DNA of 64,000 bases from Sporopachydermia quercuum. Its lineage: Eukaryota. Position numbers and translations under genes: made by a program. Shown here piece by piece: positions 1 through 13,099 of the stretch; the first letter of the stretch is position 1, and each line of letters starts with the position of its first letter. The stretch lies in contig BCGN01000003.1 of assembly GCA_001599295.1 (NCBI GenBank), forward strand, positions 124,001 to 188,000. Reading direction: 5' to 3'. The notes beneath the pieces are model-generated. The model saw only the letters and a program-made list of their open reading frames with translations. It was not told the DNA's origin and did not search any database.

Positions 1-140
1 ATACATAGATAGGCAGGTACATCACCGACTAACTAGAAGGTCTAACTAATATCCAAAGTTTTCCTATCCCTCTGAACCCAAACAAAATTGGATTCTCTAG
101 AGGCACATAATTGAACTAAGAGTAAAGTTGTTTAATAACA

Positions 141-992
141 ATGACTAGATCACCACCGAAGCGGAGGACACGTATAACAGGAGACCAACCTGGACAGCAA
201 CAGTTTAATGTGGTACTGCACTATTCACCACTGAAGTATCAAGCTTGGATTAAGGATCACCCTCCAAAGCCACCAAGAGGCCGAAGATCCAATAAGTACA
301 ACAGTAAAAACAATAAAAATACCATCAACAATAATAACGGCAGTACTACTATTCCTGCTTATATAAAAGATCCAACGCTTGCCAGACCTTTTACGTTCAA
401 ATACACAAATGTGGGAGTATCAAGTATAGCTACTGGCACATCTACTATTGTTCCGACTAATAGGTCAAGGAAGCATTTTATATATAATAACTATGAAATA
501 AGCTCAAATATTATTCCTGTTGATAATATTTATATTGACAACGAAATAATGTATCCTGTTGATGATACGATGCCAGTGTTGCTTGAATCTTTACAGCGAG
601 CACATGAGTTGACTGAATGTGTTACTAAAGATGAGCACGAGAAAGAATGGAAACTATACGCAGACTTCATCAGTGATATACTAGCTGACTGGCGTTGCAA
701 ATGGGGAATTTTAGAAGCAAAAAAGAGAAAAATGAATAGATTGGAAAGAAAGAGAAAGCTTGAGAATGATAACAATAGTAGCATTAGTAATATCAACGCT
801 TCAGATGATGAAAATTTACGAAAGAGAGTGTTACTAAATGATGGAATTAAGTCAGAAGTAAGGAGTAATAGGACATCTGATATACCTACTTTGACTACAA
901 TATCTGATGATATAGACACCGATGAACATGAAGAAGTGCCGGATGATGTTAAAGATGATGTTGGTTCAATTGAGGAAGAGTTGGACGAATAG
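141..992 (+). CDS. Hypothetical protein (283 aa), basic N-terminus, acidic C-terminus, probably nuclear
   Basis: Long ATG-initiated ORF with Asn-rich linkers, NLS-like basic clusters (KKRKMNRLERKRK) and an acidic tail; no family recognised. Confidence 0.7.
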   Translation: MTRSPPKRRTRITGDQPGQQQFNVVLHYSPLKYQAWIKDHPPKPPRGRRSNKYNSKNNKNTINNNNGSTTIPAYIKDPTLARPFTFKYTNVGVSSIATGTSTIVPTNRSRKHFIYNNYEISSNIIPVDNIYIDNEIMYPVDDTMPVLLESLQRAHELTECVTKDEHEKEWKLYADFISDILADWRCKWGILEAKKRKMNRLERKRKLENDNNSSISNINASDDENLRKRVLLNDGIKSEVRSNRTSDIPTLTTISDDIDTDEHEEVPDDVKDDVGSIEEELDE

Positions 993-1420
993 TACGAGAA
1001 CATAAAAGTAAAAAATGACTGATTTATGTATATATATATGAGGATAAAGCATGGTCTGAAATACTATTAAAAATGTATCTTCCGTAGATCTTTTGAATAG
1101 TTCTACTGAAGAAAAAAAATAACTATGTTACTGTTCAAGAATTGTAATCGAAAGAGATATGCNATCTCAAGAATGCGTAATCTGATTGGTAATTGAGGGA
1201 GGGGANCAGACCTCTCTGCAGGAAAAGGGGGCAAAGTGGGAAACAGTTCATTAAGTATACCAAGAGATGGAGGAGAATTTGGCTTTTCTGTTAAAAAATC
1301 TTGTAAGACTTGGAATACAATTTACTTTTTAATTGAGCAAGTTTTAGAGGTTCTCCTATTAGTTCAATGAAAAGAAGCGACCGAATGGAGTAGAGAAGAG
1401 GACAGTTTTAGAGGTACAAT

Positions 1421-1650
1421 ATATGTATCTTTCATGCAAAGCTGACTTGTTGAACTTGAAAATTTTATTGGCGATAGCAGGTGAGATTTGAGAATAAATT
1501 TAATAACATAGCAATGTTGATATGGTTGTCAATACTTATATGCCAAAAGACTTCGATACTATCTATATTCAATCCTTCGAAGTAAGGGTATGTTTACAGT
1601 GTGTTTCTTGAACTGGCAAGAAGAGGTCGACTATATCAATCAACTTTCCC
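1421..1650 (+). pseudogene. Possible decayed SF2 helicase C-terminal fragment
   Basis: One frame reads KILLAIAGEI*E*I**HSNVDMVVNTYMPKDFDTIYIQ...*TGKKRSTISI, resembling SF2 motifs V-VI; FHAKL lies just upstream in another frame; several stops. Confidence 0.3.
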
Positions 1651-2852
1651 CATTATTGGTCGCAAGACTGTAAGGTTACGGTTTGGCATAGGAGTCCACT
1701 TTGTTTAAACAAGACATAAGGCCAAAGCTAGTATTCTGGAAATGATTTATGTTGCTCTTCAGTAGTTACTCAATGAAGGGAAACTAAGACAATATCATTA
1801 GTTTTATAAATTCAAAAGTGGCTCTTATATTTCAAGTTCTACTTTTATTAATTGTTTAAACTGGTAATGTTTTGTAAAATTTGGACAGGGAGAACAGCTG
1901 TTGACAAGGTTTGAAAATAGGTTTTCAACATTATTGTATAACTTTTCATTCGGAAAACTTTTCTGACAAAACGAGGAAGTTTGTAGCGCATTAAGACAAT
2001 TAATAGAAGTGGGGAGTAAGAGTTCTCTTTAATTTATTATTCAATTTTTCATTGAATTTGCTGAATATAAAACATAATTATAACCTAAACTATGTGCTAT
2101 CTCACCAGCTGTAGGATTCAAAAGTAATACAAGGTTTAAACGTTAATTAAAGAAACAAATCCTAACCTTAATTCATTNAATCTCATACAAAATAACAGAA
2201 AATAGAAACGAAAGGGAAATAACACATAAGCTTCTCATTGTGCATTTTCATACATCTTCAGCCTATCATTGTATCATAGATCAATTGACTGAGTTAGATT
2301 GCACATCACACAATCTCTGGCTACAAAACAAACTCATTCAAACATCATGTTCTTGTATGTATTACCAAATAACTAGTTAGTTCATTCCTTCTTAACCCTT
2401 TTATTCCAACAAAAAGTTTTCTTCAACTTAACCGTTCCTCAATAAAGTGTAACTTACATACCTGCTACATAGGCACTGCATGTAAACTGCATTTTCATAC
2501 AACAGAGGGGCAGTCCGCACTATCAACCTCTCTCCAAAAGCTCCTTGGCTGCACTATAGACCTTGAGTTAGACTGCTTAAGCATAACTACATTATTCTTC
2601 ATACATGATTCCTTGGTTATGTTTCAGAAATCAATCATCAATTGTTGCTAAATTAACAGTTTATGTTCAATATTCAACATTGGTTCTGTTCAATTGACGT
2701 TGGTTTGACTGCACAGTATTTGAATTAGAACTAACAGGAATATTGAAACGTAGATTAATAATTTTGTAGTAGGAACTGAATTGAAGTACTGAATACTAAT
2801 TCATCAGCATTCTGAAAGAGAGGTTCAATCAATATTAAAAATCTGTTCAATA

Positions 2853-4740
2853 ATGAAAGCCGTTGTTTCGGTATGTATTAATTGTGTGGGGTTGAGTTAA
2901 AGAAGTGCAAATGTTGTATGAGAGACAGTTAGTGTAGAGCCAGAACCAAACCTGCATAACAATGCTTCAGGCCATGGATCATTGGAAGTACTTGAGCAAC
3001 TGTGAAAAGTAGTCTTACAAAGAAGAAACTAGAAAGATAATAGCTGGAAATATTTTATGAATATCCAATCTCACGTTTTAAAGATCGAGTCCTGAGTAAT
3101 ATTCAATTAATCGGAGGTTGAAGACCATCATTTCCCTTAAGAAGATATGGTGATGATAATGGTTATGATGATTAGTGGTTTGAGACAAATACGGGATCGC
3201 TAAAGGATAAGAGATTATTGGCAGAGATTCATGACTCTGAAGGATAACTATTCGTGCAAATTCTAAATGTATCTACCAATGTACTAATTAAGGGGGAACA
3301 CCATTCGAAGCTTCGTTCAAAGCACACAGTTAGAATGAGATGATGATGAAGCATTGCTGTAATGACGAATGGATGGCTATGACTGATTTGAATTAATGTA
3401 TATGTTTTCAGAATCATTGAACTTTAAATACTAAAGAAAGAAGAGTGCTTTGAGAATCATCGAGTAAAACATTCTGTGAAACAGAACCAAACGTTTTGAA
3501 AGTGCAGTGTTGAGAAGTTTGCTGTGAAACCATACTGGACTATTACCTTCATCACACCATTATTCCTTAAAAACTTTAGATGAGAATGTTTTCTTCTGGG
3601 TACTTGGACTGATTTCTTAGTTCCAATTTAGTCTGTTGTACTTGACGAATCATCATGTGAACAATTGTTTCATATGGCTTCAATATGGTTCGAGCAACCC
3701 ATACTTGAAAGAAAATTGATCACTGCCTCTTCAATTCCGATTGTATATTCAAGTGTATTATGCATCAAGATACCCTGATAAAGGATGTCAGGGGTCATTT
3801 TTTTCATTGTTTTAAACTGAACCTCTTTCATTCAATTGGTGGTCATCCTTCATGAAAGAGTAGTAGCTTGATAAGTCAAATTTTACTAACAATGATATAT
3901 TCTCTTATGAGATGGTTTTCTGACTTGGCATCTAGTTCAAGTTACTGTTAATGCTGATGTCCTATCCTATAATATTGGGTTAGGAGACAACTTAGACAAG
4001 CAATTATCGTATAAAATACATCGACAATCACAGATCAATAGCATTGACAGTAACAAGTATATTGCATTTCAGTATACAGGGTTTTAACACTTACTGAAAT
4101 CTACTACACCACTTTCAAGAAATGACAAGAGCCCGAAATTTGAAAGTTTTCAGCTTAGGATTGTATATTTTCATTCTCGACATACTCTCGTACAACTCTG
4201 AGCTCTTCTTTCCAGTTTCTTTTTATATTCAGAACTATTTCTAACGTTATTTTAGCCAGGAAAAGCTTGGTTCTGCACCATTTTATCAGTGTTTGCTGTG
4301 ATAATTCTAACAATCATTGGTTACCTTTTCTATACTGGACATGAATCAATGATGGGTAGCATCAATGATCCAGAAGATGGTAAAGCGTAAGTATTTCTTG
4401 ATTAGGACTTAGTATATGAGTTGTTCGATGTATTTGATGTACGAGTAACTTTTCAATGGAGAATGTCTATTATTTTTTGTACTGTTTGAAGGATGCTGGC
4501 ATAAGTTGTTTTAATATATTCTATAATCCTGTTCCGTGCATGATACTAATCGAAACAATGCAATGCTTGAACTCAACAAACCATGAATTAAGATCTTCTT
4601 TTTCATAATGTTCATTCTACTAACATGGGATTAGTGTTGCTAAGACTGTTTGGACATCGGCGGGGGTTTACCTTTGTTTCTTCCTGTTCTGCGGATCTCA
4701 AGTCTATTTATTACAACGACAGTCAAGAATTCAATTATAG
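2853..4740 (+). CDS. V-ATPase V0 subunit f (YPR170W-B/RNASEK family), 3 exons, 84 aa
   Basis: Exons 2853-2870, 4256-4386, 4635-4740; intron 2871-4255 (GTATGT..TTCTAAC..TAG) and intron 4387-4634 (GTAAGT..TACTAAC..TAG). Spliced product MKAVVSPGKAWFCTILSVFAVIILTIIGYLFYTGHESMMGSINDPEDGKAVAKTVWTSAGVYLCFFLFCGSQVYLLQRQSRIQL closely matches S. cerevisiae Ypr170w-b as recalled. Confidence 0.93.
2920..3090 (+). pseudogene. Decayed HMG-box fragment inside intron 1 of the subunit f gene
   Basis: PNLHNN (2946), HWKYLSNCEK*SYKEETRK (W at 2983) and EYPISRFKDR (3059) across two frameshifts; W-to-YP spacing is the HMG 26 codons plus 1 nt. Confidence 0.5.
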
Positions 4741-7700
4741 CATTGATACTGGTTTATAGGTTTAGTGTGACTTATGTATTATGAATGAATAGTTTTCATC
4801 GTCAAAGAATATTATGATGTATAATTCTGTTTCAANATCAGTGGTATTGGATTGACAATTGCTTTTTCTTTTTTTTGGTAACAAATGGCTATTTGAAAGT
4901 TCACATTTAACATACTTATGGTATAAAAACTTGTTGTAATTAATAGATAAAATAATAAACATATCTAGATATGAACTCCTTTGTTCACTAACAATTATTC
5001 TTGATATACTTCATTTGGTCATATAGCATCTTGAACTGAGCTTGCTTCTGAAAGCACCTGAAAGCAGAGTAAAACTGAGCATCAGACCACGTGGTTTTCT
5101 ACATGAGCTGGCACGCTGCAGGTTTCCCTGCACACGGGATGTTTGGCACCGGGACATCGATGATCTCCCAATTGAAACTTTTATAGCAATAAAATTGGCA
5201 TTCTAAAATTCCGAATACTCTTGTATATTTATGCAAAATGTGAACTTATAATGGTTAAACCTAAAGCTCAATTATCCAGACCTAAACGTTTGAATCATTG
5301 TTTTTCGAGACGACTGACGAAGTTGCTGATACCCTTGATTGCTTGCGTATCGATCGATACTATCCAGTGCCATTTTTGTGGGCCACGATGTACGTTAGCT
5401 GATATGAATCAATATATATTATTTGCATATTATATTGCAATAATACTTGAGAACGATACGATGCTTGCTAGTTTCAACCTAGAACTCCATTACCTATTTG
5501 AACAAACAAACTCCTAATCCGTTGGCTATTATCAACGACAAAAATTTCTTATTCAACCAAGAAAATATAGAAACTCCAATTAGCAATAATCCTATCATAC
5601 CAATCAATCTATTCAAGTACTCATTCTCAGCAATTGATGAGAAGATCAGTATTAAACCGCAGTACTGAGGTTGATACAAGAATAGAATTTTTGCTAAGCC
5701 TGAGATCATTTTACAGTTCGTAGAGAACGAAGCCCAAGTAATAGAAAACTCTAACTCAAATATCGAAGCACTTAAGACAACAATATTAGAACTAGTATTT
5801 ATTATTCTATAAGGCATCAAACTGAAGTTGAAGTAGAAGAATTAAATGAAAACCCATTTAGAAAAACCAATCAACATGTCTCAAATGATGATTATTGCAT
5901 ACGCAGCTAAAAGGTTTGGGATCGTTAGAAGTAAAAGAAGCGAGATTTCAAGTCTTCTAAAATCAATACTCCATTTGTAATTCTTAAACTGAAATGACCT
6001 TAGTCAATACGCTAAACCTTAACCCTTAAATTAATTATTTTCAAAACTCACATAGTTTCACGCATACTTAACTGACAATTCAACTCAGCTGATTTTTCGG
6101 AGTTTGTTAGGTCGTATGAGTGATTTCGGATTTACGAGTTCTTGATGATTCAAGTCCAAAGTTATTTCGGGCCCTTGCCAGCAGCTTCAGATTGAACCCC
6201 AGTGCTAGGTATTTATAAGCTTGGGAATAGTACTGAGGAAGTTACACCCTAACGATAGAATACCTTTTCATTAATATCAAAGAATAACGATCTCAGGCAT
6301 TGATACTATAAAGATTTTCAGAGAACGCCAGACCTCCTTGGCTACGCTTTCAATATATATTTTAGTTCAACTGTAAGCTTAGCTGCGTAGAGTTCGACAT
6401 CCCAGTGTAATATAAAACACTGAGCTCAGGATATATAATTTAGATTGCAAGCTTTTCTGGGACTAAATTTCCACTTTTTTGAGTAAAATTGAGCAAAATG
6501 TACAAAAGTTTGAGTACCCTTTAAAAATGGAAAGCTGATAAATTTAAGGATGAAATATTGCTTGCTTGCTCTACAGTAAATGAATAGAAATTAGTGAAAC
6601 GATCTCTTTTTGTAGTGTGCTTCAGTACACATATTTAATTTAAGGTTACCTTCATGAAACTTAATTTTAACAAGCTTCAATAATAGTATTGGATTCAGAT
6701 GAAAAGCTTACTGAATTGCCTTAATTATTTTCTGCCTCAATTACTTAAGTACAATGAATTATTCAAAGATTCATTGAGAACATTACGGGGTATTAGTATG
6801 AGGAATCTTGAAGCAACACCCAGTTGACTCAAACAAAGAACTTCTAGGTCAATTAACCCAATAAACGTGTTGTAAATTCTTTCTACGTTGTCTGATTCAC
6901 TTTAATTTGGTGTGTTAACAGTGTGATTCAAAGAACATCGCATCGCAACATAATGTGAATAAAGTATCTACTTAGCCATCAATGCCATAATAATCTACTG
7001 TACACTTCCGGCACCTAAATATACCATAACTACTAAAATTCTAGAATCAGTAGTAGCGTGAGCTGAGTAGAAGATTGTTTGAAGGGTTTGAGAGTTTTTA
7101 CAGTCATTTGAAATAGTTTTTCGTTCTCTAACAGGCAATATGTATCAATCAAGCATGAATGGTCGGTCGTATGTTGATAGACTGGGCTGAGGTTTTTGTG
7201 AGATGTAAACCGAATAGTATCGGAACTACAGAAAAACAAAAAAAAGAATGAGAAAAATAATTGCAAAAGCGTTTTCTTATATGGATTCATTTCATGGTAA
7301 CTCTGAAAACTCAATTGAGGCTTAGTTTTCCTTTTTTGTCTCATCTTATTTGTCTATTTATTTACGATTCTCCGTCGGAGTCTCACAGAAGACCTTAATC
7401 CTCTATTTCTTGGCTCAAAACTGAGCTTTTTTTTTTCAGTAACAGGATATTAAATGAATTGCATGATATTATTCTACTTTATTTCAGAATCCCAATTAAA
7501 TATGAACTGATACAAACTACATATATCCATACGTTTGGATNTCTATCGGCAAAAATGAAGGAAGAGTAATCTCATTCCGAGTGAGAATCAAGATACAATC
7601 CGGATGTAAATAAGAGTATACTGATCTTTTATTTTTGAAGTCATTTAACGTACAAGATGTACCATTTGGCCAGATCATTTGGCTAGCTAACTTTTCTCAA

Positions 7701-10700
7701 TGAATCATCATGCTGTCATAATAACAAAATAATTTCTAAAGCAGATCTAAAGAGTTTAGTATCAACCTAATTCCGATAATTGGAACAATTAAGTCGAACT
7801 TCGTACTTACCTTATTAGACAAAGATTTTTCGCTTAATAACATGTACTGGCAATTAGAAATCTGAAATTTTCTCTGAAATCATTCGGAATTTTAGTACAA
7901 CAAATGAACCATTCAATGAGAATTAATTACAAAAATGGAACGGTACACTATTTCATATTGGGTAAGATTGTTCTTACCTCCCTATGAATATGTTGCATGG
8001 CTTTACTCAAGATTAATTACCTAATTAGTTCGTTACTTTTTTTTACAGATGCTGTCTTGTTTATAGATTTGAATCTATTTCAATGGTTGAAACTGTTTCT
8101 TTCATATTCAGGTATCAAAGACTATTTGGACTTGGTCATCGTGCGTGCTAAAGATAGAAATGCCTTCTTTCATTAAACAGTATTCTCAACATAGAAGAAA
8201 ACTGAAATAACTATTTGCAAATGTGTTTCCTGCCAACCTTTGAGGGAACAGTAAACCTTAAATGAACATTGTACTATTAAATGTAGCTTAACCAACCTTA
8301 TACTAAGGTTATTTTTATGCAGAAACTATAACTTTTAAGTTCAATAAGTACTGAGACTTGTGAATCAGAAAACAGCAATTCGTTCTGGCATCAATCGATT
8401 CTTACTCAGATTACACGCCACCATTAATTATGATTCGAGAGTTATTTAAAAGATTCAGTAATTATCCCGTATTAAGAACTGGATATTGAACGAGTTCAGC
8501 CGCTGAAGTTAATAAATTTGGAAATCGTGCAATTTCAGCCAGGTAAACATTTTTCTCTCTTGTTGAATGATACTCTTCTTCGAACAGTCATATGCGCAAC
8601 CAGAATTCTTTCCAAATATGAATGAACATTATTCCATGACGTATTTTGAGTTTCAATAAATCCGTTACATCTCATCTCATCGCATATGAAAGTTCTGTCA
8701 GGTTACTGTCTTGCTCTCTAATTTACCCATATAAACAGAACATCCTCCTGATCCATCAGATGTTAACTGTTTCAAAATTGAAAACCTTTTGAGGGATAAT
8801 AGAAACTTAGTGCACTTTGTGTGTCTCAGTCTTTACTTTTAGGGGCCTAATTCCTCTGAATATATATTATAGTTTTGGATTTCTTACCTATATTTACACT
8901 CCACTGTTCTGTGATGTAGAATAAACCAAGCGAGAGCATAAACCTAAGATGAGGCCTAAAGGAAATAGGGTAATGAAGATGAAAGATTTCTTTTTCTTAC
9001 TTGCAAAAGGTAATCTTGTGTAGACAATAAACCAATACATTATGGTTCTCAAATGGGTTCATGCAAGAGACAAAGTGCTAGGGAACTATCATGAGGTGGA
9101 TTATTTTGCTTCCTGTCAAATAGTAGCTGATACCCATTAAGATGTTGCTCATTGATAGATCAATTGCTTGTAGTAGTGTTACATTGTGTCAAAAATTATT
9201 GCTGTAGCATGATATAGAACATACTACCTGTCAATTGACATTTACTAGACGATAGCCAAATTTCAGGTGACTCTGTAACCTGGTGTTATGGCAGACAAAT
9301 CAGTCAATGAGATCATGAAGTAACTAGACTATTGGTAACATTATTCCTAAACACTTAAAATTCCGTCCAAAGTAAGGAAGGATACTGAAGCACCAAACTA
9401 GAAATTACGAGAAAATAGTGCGATGCCAGTGTACTTTATTTTTCTTGTCTCTATTATGTGAGACAAAGCCAGTGATTTCCTTTCACGGCTCGGTTGCTTG
9501 CAAATGATCTATGGTAGAGGAATATGGGAAAGATGAGTTAATACTATTTTACTGTTCAAGAGCAATATGATTTGTGATGAGCGTAATAACCCTAAAGACA
9601 AGTAAACCCTCAGGATTTTTTCATTTAGGAAATGCAGGCGAGATTTGAATGAAACTCAGGAAAAGTAGACTACTTGCAACTAATGAGAATAAAGTTTTAG
9701 CAGGGAGTATAACAGTTCCATTCCTTGTATTGGCTTGAAAACTCGAATCTTAATGTATTTATCCTCATAATTGATCGTATTGATCTTGTACTCAATCTTT
9801 TAGAATGATCGTTCGCTGTTGCTCTGCTACATGCATGATCTTATATTGCTAGATGCACAAGGAACAAAAGTTGCATGTATACTAGGAATTGCAGGACATA
9901 TGGACAACACTTACAAACAAGATTTACTTGATCAAGAAATGTCTTAAAACTGAATGGCATGAAATGGCATGAATTACGTTGTGAGTGAATAATAGATAAA
10001 GGCAAATCAACCTCAAATTGATTTGGCATGTAGTTCTCACAGATAATCATCTCTTATCTTATCAATTCTCACAACCATTCATCAATTGTACGGTTAGATC
10101 ATCAGTTGAGTTAGATACAAAATTTCATTATCGCTGGTCATCAACACCTCAATCAATCAGCAAACCATTCCTGAGCATCAATTTTTCTTGTCGTTGATTC
10201 TCATCCCTCCGCACCTTCCCCATCCTAATAATCTTTTTTGCTGAGTCATATTTCTTAATTATTATCCCGCTTTTCTTAGCTTACAACTCTATCTAACTTT
10301 TATCTGTATTGCTGCTTCTACTAATTGTTCTCTGAAATTTCCAATGAGGTCTCAATTTCCTACTTCATCATACTTTACTCAGTATTAGGTTTGAGTGTGT
10401 TTCACTCATCATCTAATATGCAAATATGGTTTATTGAAATGTAAACGTAACACCTTTGAGTTTTAAAACTTTTAGTTGAATTCTCCCAAACGGGCAACCG
10501 ATGGCCAATTTTGGTTTCAGAAGAGAAAGAATTTCTAGAATTGAACTGGTGTTGTTCCCAAATTGCTAAAACCTTCTCTACCATTTTAAGGTTAAAGATA
10601 ACTAACCTTCCTATTCTGGTTAAGGTAGAGCTTATTCAGTTTGAAGTTACAGTAAAGCTGACAAACCTGTCTCAAAACCTCATTTCATAATTAATCAGAT

Positions 10701-11560
10701 CATAGTTTTCATAATTTAATTCACCTCATTAGAAAAAGGTGTGAATAAGAGCAAGTTAATAAGCTAACTTTCCGGAGAATCAAACAGTAAAAAGATACTA
10801 TTTTGCGTTGATTATATTTGTATGATCGTTTAGTAGCCACTTTGTCCAATTACAAAGTTCAGTATTAAAGTATAGACAAATGAAGAAGCGCTAATTAATA
10901 GAATGCAATAGTTGATTAGTATATAGTGTACGTTATAATGAATCAGGAAGCTAGTTCTTTGGTTTTGGCCAAATGAAATCAGAACGATGAGTCCCAACTA
11001 CACATGTCATACCAGTCATTCAATTTTACCTCAAGCCCCTTTTTTGCGTACAAGATCAACTGGTGGTCCTAATGAAGGAAATTGGGTAAAATTGATGCTT
11101 TCAAGGTAATTCTATGCAATACTGCAGTTATTAGTATATGTTTATACCTAAATAGTAAAATTGATGCCTTACTTGCCTGCTCTCGATCATTCAAGCATTT
11201 TCTCTGTTCTCTCTATCGATTGGCTCATTTCTTTCTTTTTCTTTCAGCTTATACGTAAAGGTGGTAACAAAGTTCTGTTCACTCTTCTAAACATCGAACC
11301 AGGGATTTCTCTTCTTCTTCTTTTCATTTTCAATCTCTTTTTGTGAATGGCTCTCAGGAAATACAATCATTGTCTGATGCCTTAAGCATGTGCTTGTCTC
11401 ATCTACCCTAATGCCTTTTCAGGTAACTTTAAATGGAGTAGTTCCTCGTTTTGCTCAATTAAGCAGTACGTGAGGTTGTTAGCCCAATCAAAACGTTAAA
11501 CTTTAGTAGATATCTAAAACACTTAACCTTAGTTTAAGTTCTTACCTACAACTGTCAACT

Positions 11561-11590
11561 ATCTCCTACCGTGTAATCTCCTACCGTGTA
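11561..11590. repeat. Perfect 15-bp tandem duplication ATCTCCTACCGTGTA x2
   Basis: Read directly from the sequence. Confidence 0.9.
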
Positions 11591-12049
11591 ACCTTAATAA
11601 AGTTATTATGGCAGAGATTTTAAAAAACCAACCACGAATACTTAGAATGAGCATTATATTACATAATTATTCTTATTCCAGGAATTCGAAGTACCTAGGG
11701 AAGATAATAAGATTATTTTTCGCCTTAATGAGTACCGATCAAGTTAATTTCTGGTTTATTGTTGAATACTCAAGTTGAAGGTAAAATAGCTCTAAACTGA
11801 AGTTGAAATTAAAGTCAACTTTGAAAACCCTACACTTCACTTTTTACTACCTATCCATTATATATTCGCTTCTTTCTATCAACTCATCTCTCGAGTAATG
11901 TACCTTTGATCTTCCTTTTATTTCTCTCTTGANTCTTTTCTCTCATCTATTGTTATTACACACCTGCTTTCAGTACAAGAAAGCATCTTAGTAGTATTCA
12001 TTACTATTTTTCGCATTAAACATAAATAGTCATATAAAATACAACAACA

Positions 12050-13039
12050 ATGCTGGGTCTTCAAACAATAGATTCAAATCAGTATTTAACATACGAGGAA
12101 GATCCTATATACCCGAATATACCTTCTGCAGTATCATCAAATAATTCAGTGATGTCAACACCATCACTATTTCAAACAAATATAAAGAGCTATACACGTA
12201 AACCACCAGCATTTGCTCATTCTTACTCAACTAGCAATACAAATACAGTCACCTCATCAAACATTTCAAACATACAAAATACTTTCAACTCATCATCGAT
12301 CACACCTCCGTCATCTGTATCCATTTCTACTTCTGATTCTGCAACACGTATAAAATCAGCAGTGCTATCACCACCGGCATTCGAACCGGAGACACATCCA
12401 TTGCAATTATGGCAAAAGTGGTATGAAAAAAACTTGTCATTGATAACTCCAGATATAATATCACCATCTTTGCTTCAACCTGGCAATAAGGTGCAATTGT
12501 CACCAAATCTAAGATTTCCTGCTTGTTATGAATATACCGATGCCTTGAATCAATCTGCACAATGGACGAGTTATCTGACAGGAGCTGAGAGAAGACAACT
12601 AGATAAGCAATTGAAAGCCTTTCTGTTACATCATAAGTCCAGTAACATGAGAGTTAGACCTGCTCCAAGAGCTTCAAGTGAACCAAGTATTAAGATGACT
12701 AGTAGTAGAAGTAACAGCACAAGTGCATCTAATAGTATAAGTTCTGGTAGTAGTACTTCATCAGCAAGAAGAAATCCAAGTTCTAGATCAAGTTTCAGCT
12801 CAATCGGTAGTGAACTCGATATAAAAATGAGCTTTCCTAACAGTAACGGTAATGGTAGTCTGAATAATAGAGTAAGGAAACAAAGAGCTTCTTTCTCAAG
12901 AGCTCCATCTTTAAGAAGTAGTTTTGGAAGTGAACTCCCTGGACCAAGAAGAAAAAGCATTGCTGGCTATCAAGTTACTTATGATGCTATGGCGCCACCT
13001 GCCAAATGGGACGAGAAAGTGTTTACGAATATCAAGTGA
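12050..13039 (+). CDS. Hypothetical Ser/Pro/Arg-rich protein (329 aa)
   Basis: Long ORF with good start context (ACAACAATG); largely disordered, with RRxS/RxxS motifs; no family recognised. Confidence 0.75.
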   Translation: MLGLQTIDSNQYLTYEEDPIYPNIPSAVSSNNSVMSTPSLFQTNIKSYTRKPPAFAHSYSTSNTNTVTSSNISNIQNTFNSSSITPPSSVSISTSDSATRIKSAVLSPPAFEPETHPLQLWQKWYEKNLSLITPDIISPSLLQPGNKVQLSPNLRFPACYEYTDALNQSAQWTSYLTGAERRQLDKQLKAFLLHHKSSNMRVRPAPRASSEPSIKMTSSRSNSTSASNSISSGSSTSSARRNPSSRSSFSSIGSELDIKMSFPNSNGNGSLNNRVRKQRASFSRAPSLRSSFGSELPGPRRKSIAGYQVTYDAMAPPAKWDEKVFTNIK

Positions 13040-13068
13040 AAAATAAGGCTAAACGGATAGTACGACAT

Positions 13069-13099
13069 GATATGATAGGATAGGATAGGATAAGATAAG
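13069..13099. repeat. Pentanucleotide microsatellite, (GATAG)n-like
   Basis: gatatgataggataggataggataagataag just after the stop codon. Confidence 0.7.

Noticed and set aside
530..1003. Antisense or alternative-frame ORFs overlapping real genes (also 12631-12960, 18798-19151, 39240-39800, 62479-63883)
   Set aside because: Shadows of codon-biased or low-complexity sense genes
3160..3250. ATGATGA...CTGA box C/D snoRNA candidate in the subunit f intron
   Set aside because: Terminal stem geometry is non-canonical and I could not recognise an rRNA-complementary guide
6180..6410. GTTCRA tRNA T-loop-like strings
   Set aside because: No T-stem or cloverleaf could be built
9800..9950. LLCYMHDLILL resembling a reverse transcriptase YxDD motif
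   Set aside because: Catalytic Asp missing and no other RT, integrase or LTR evidence
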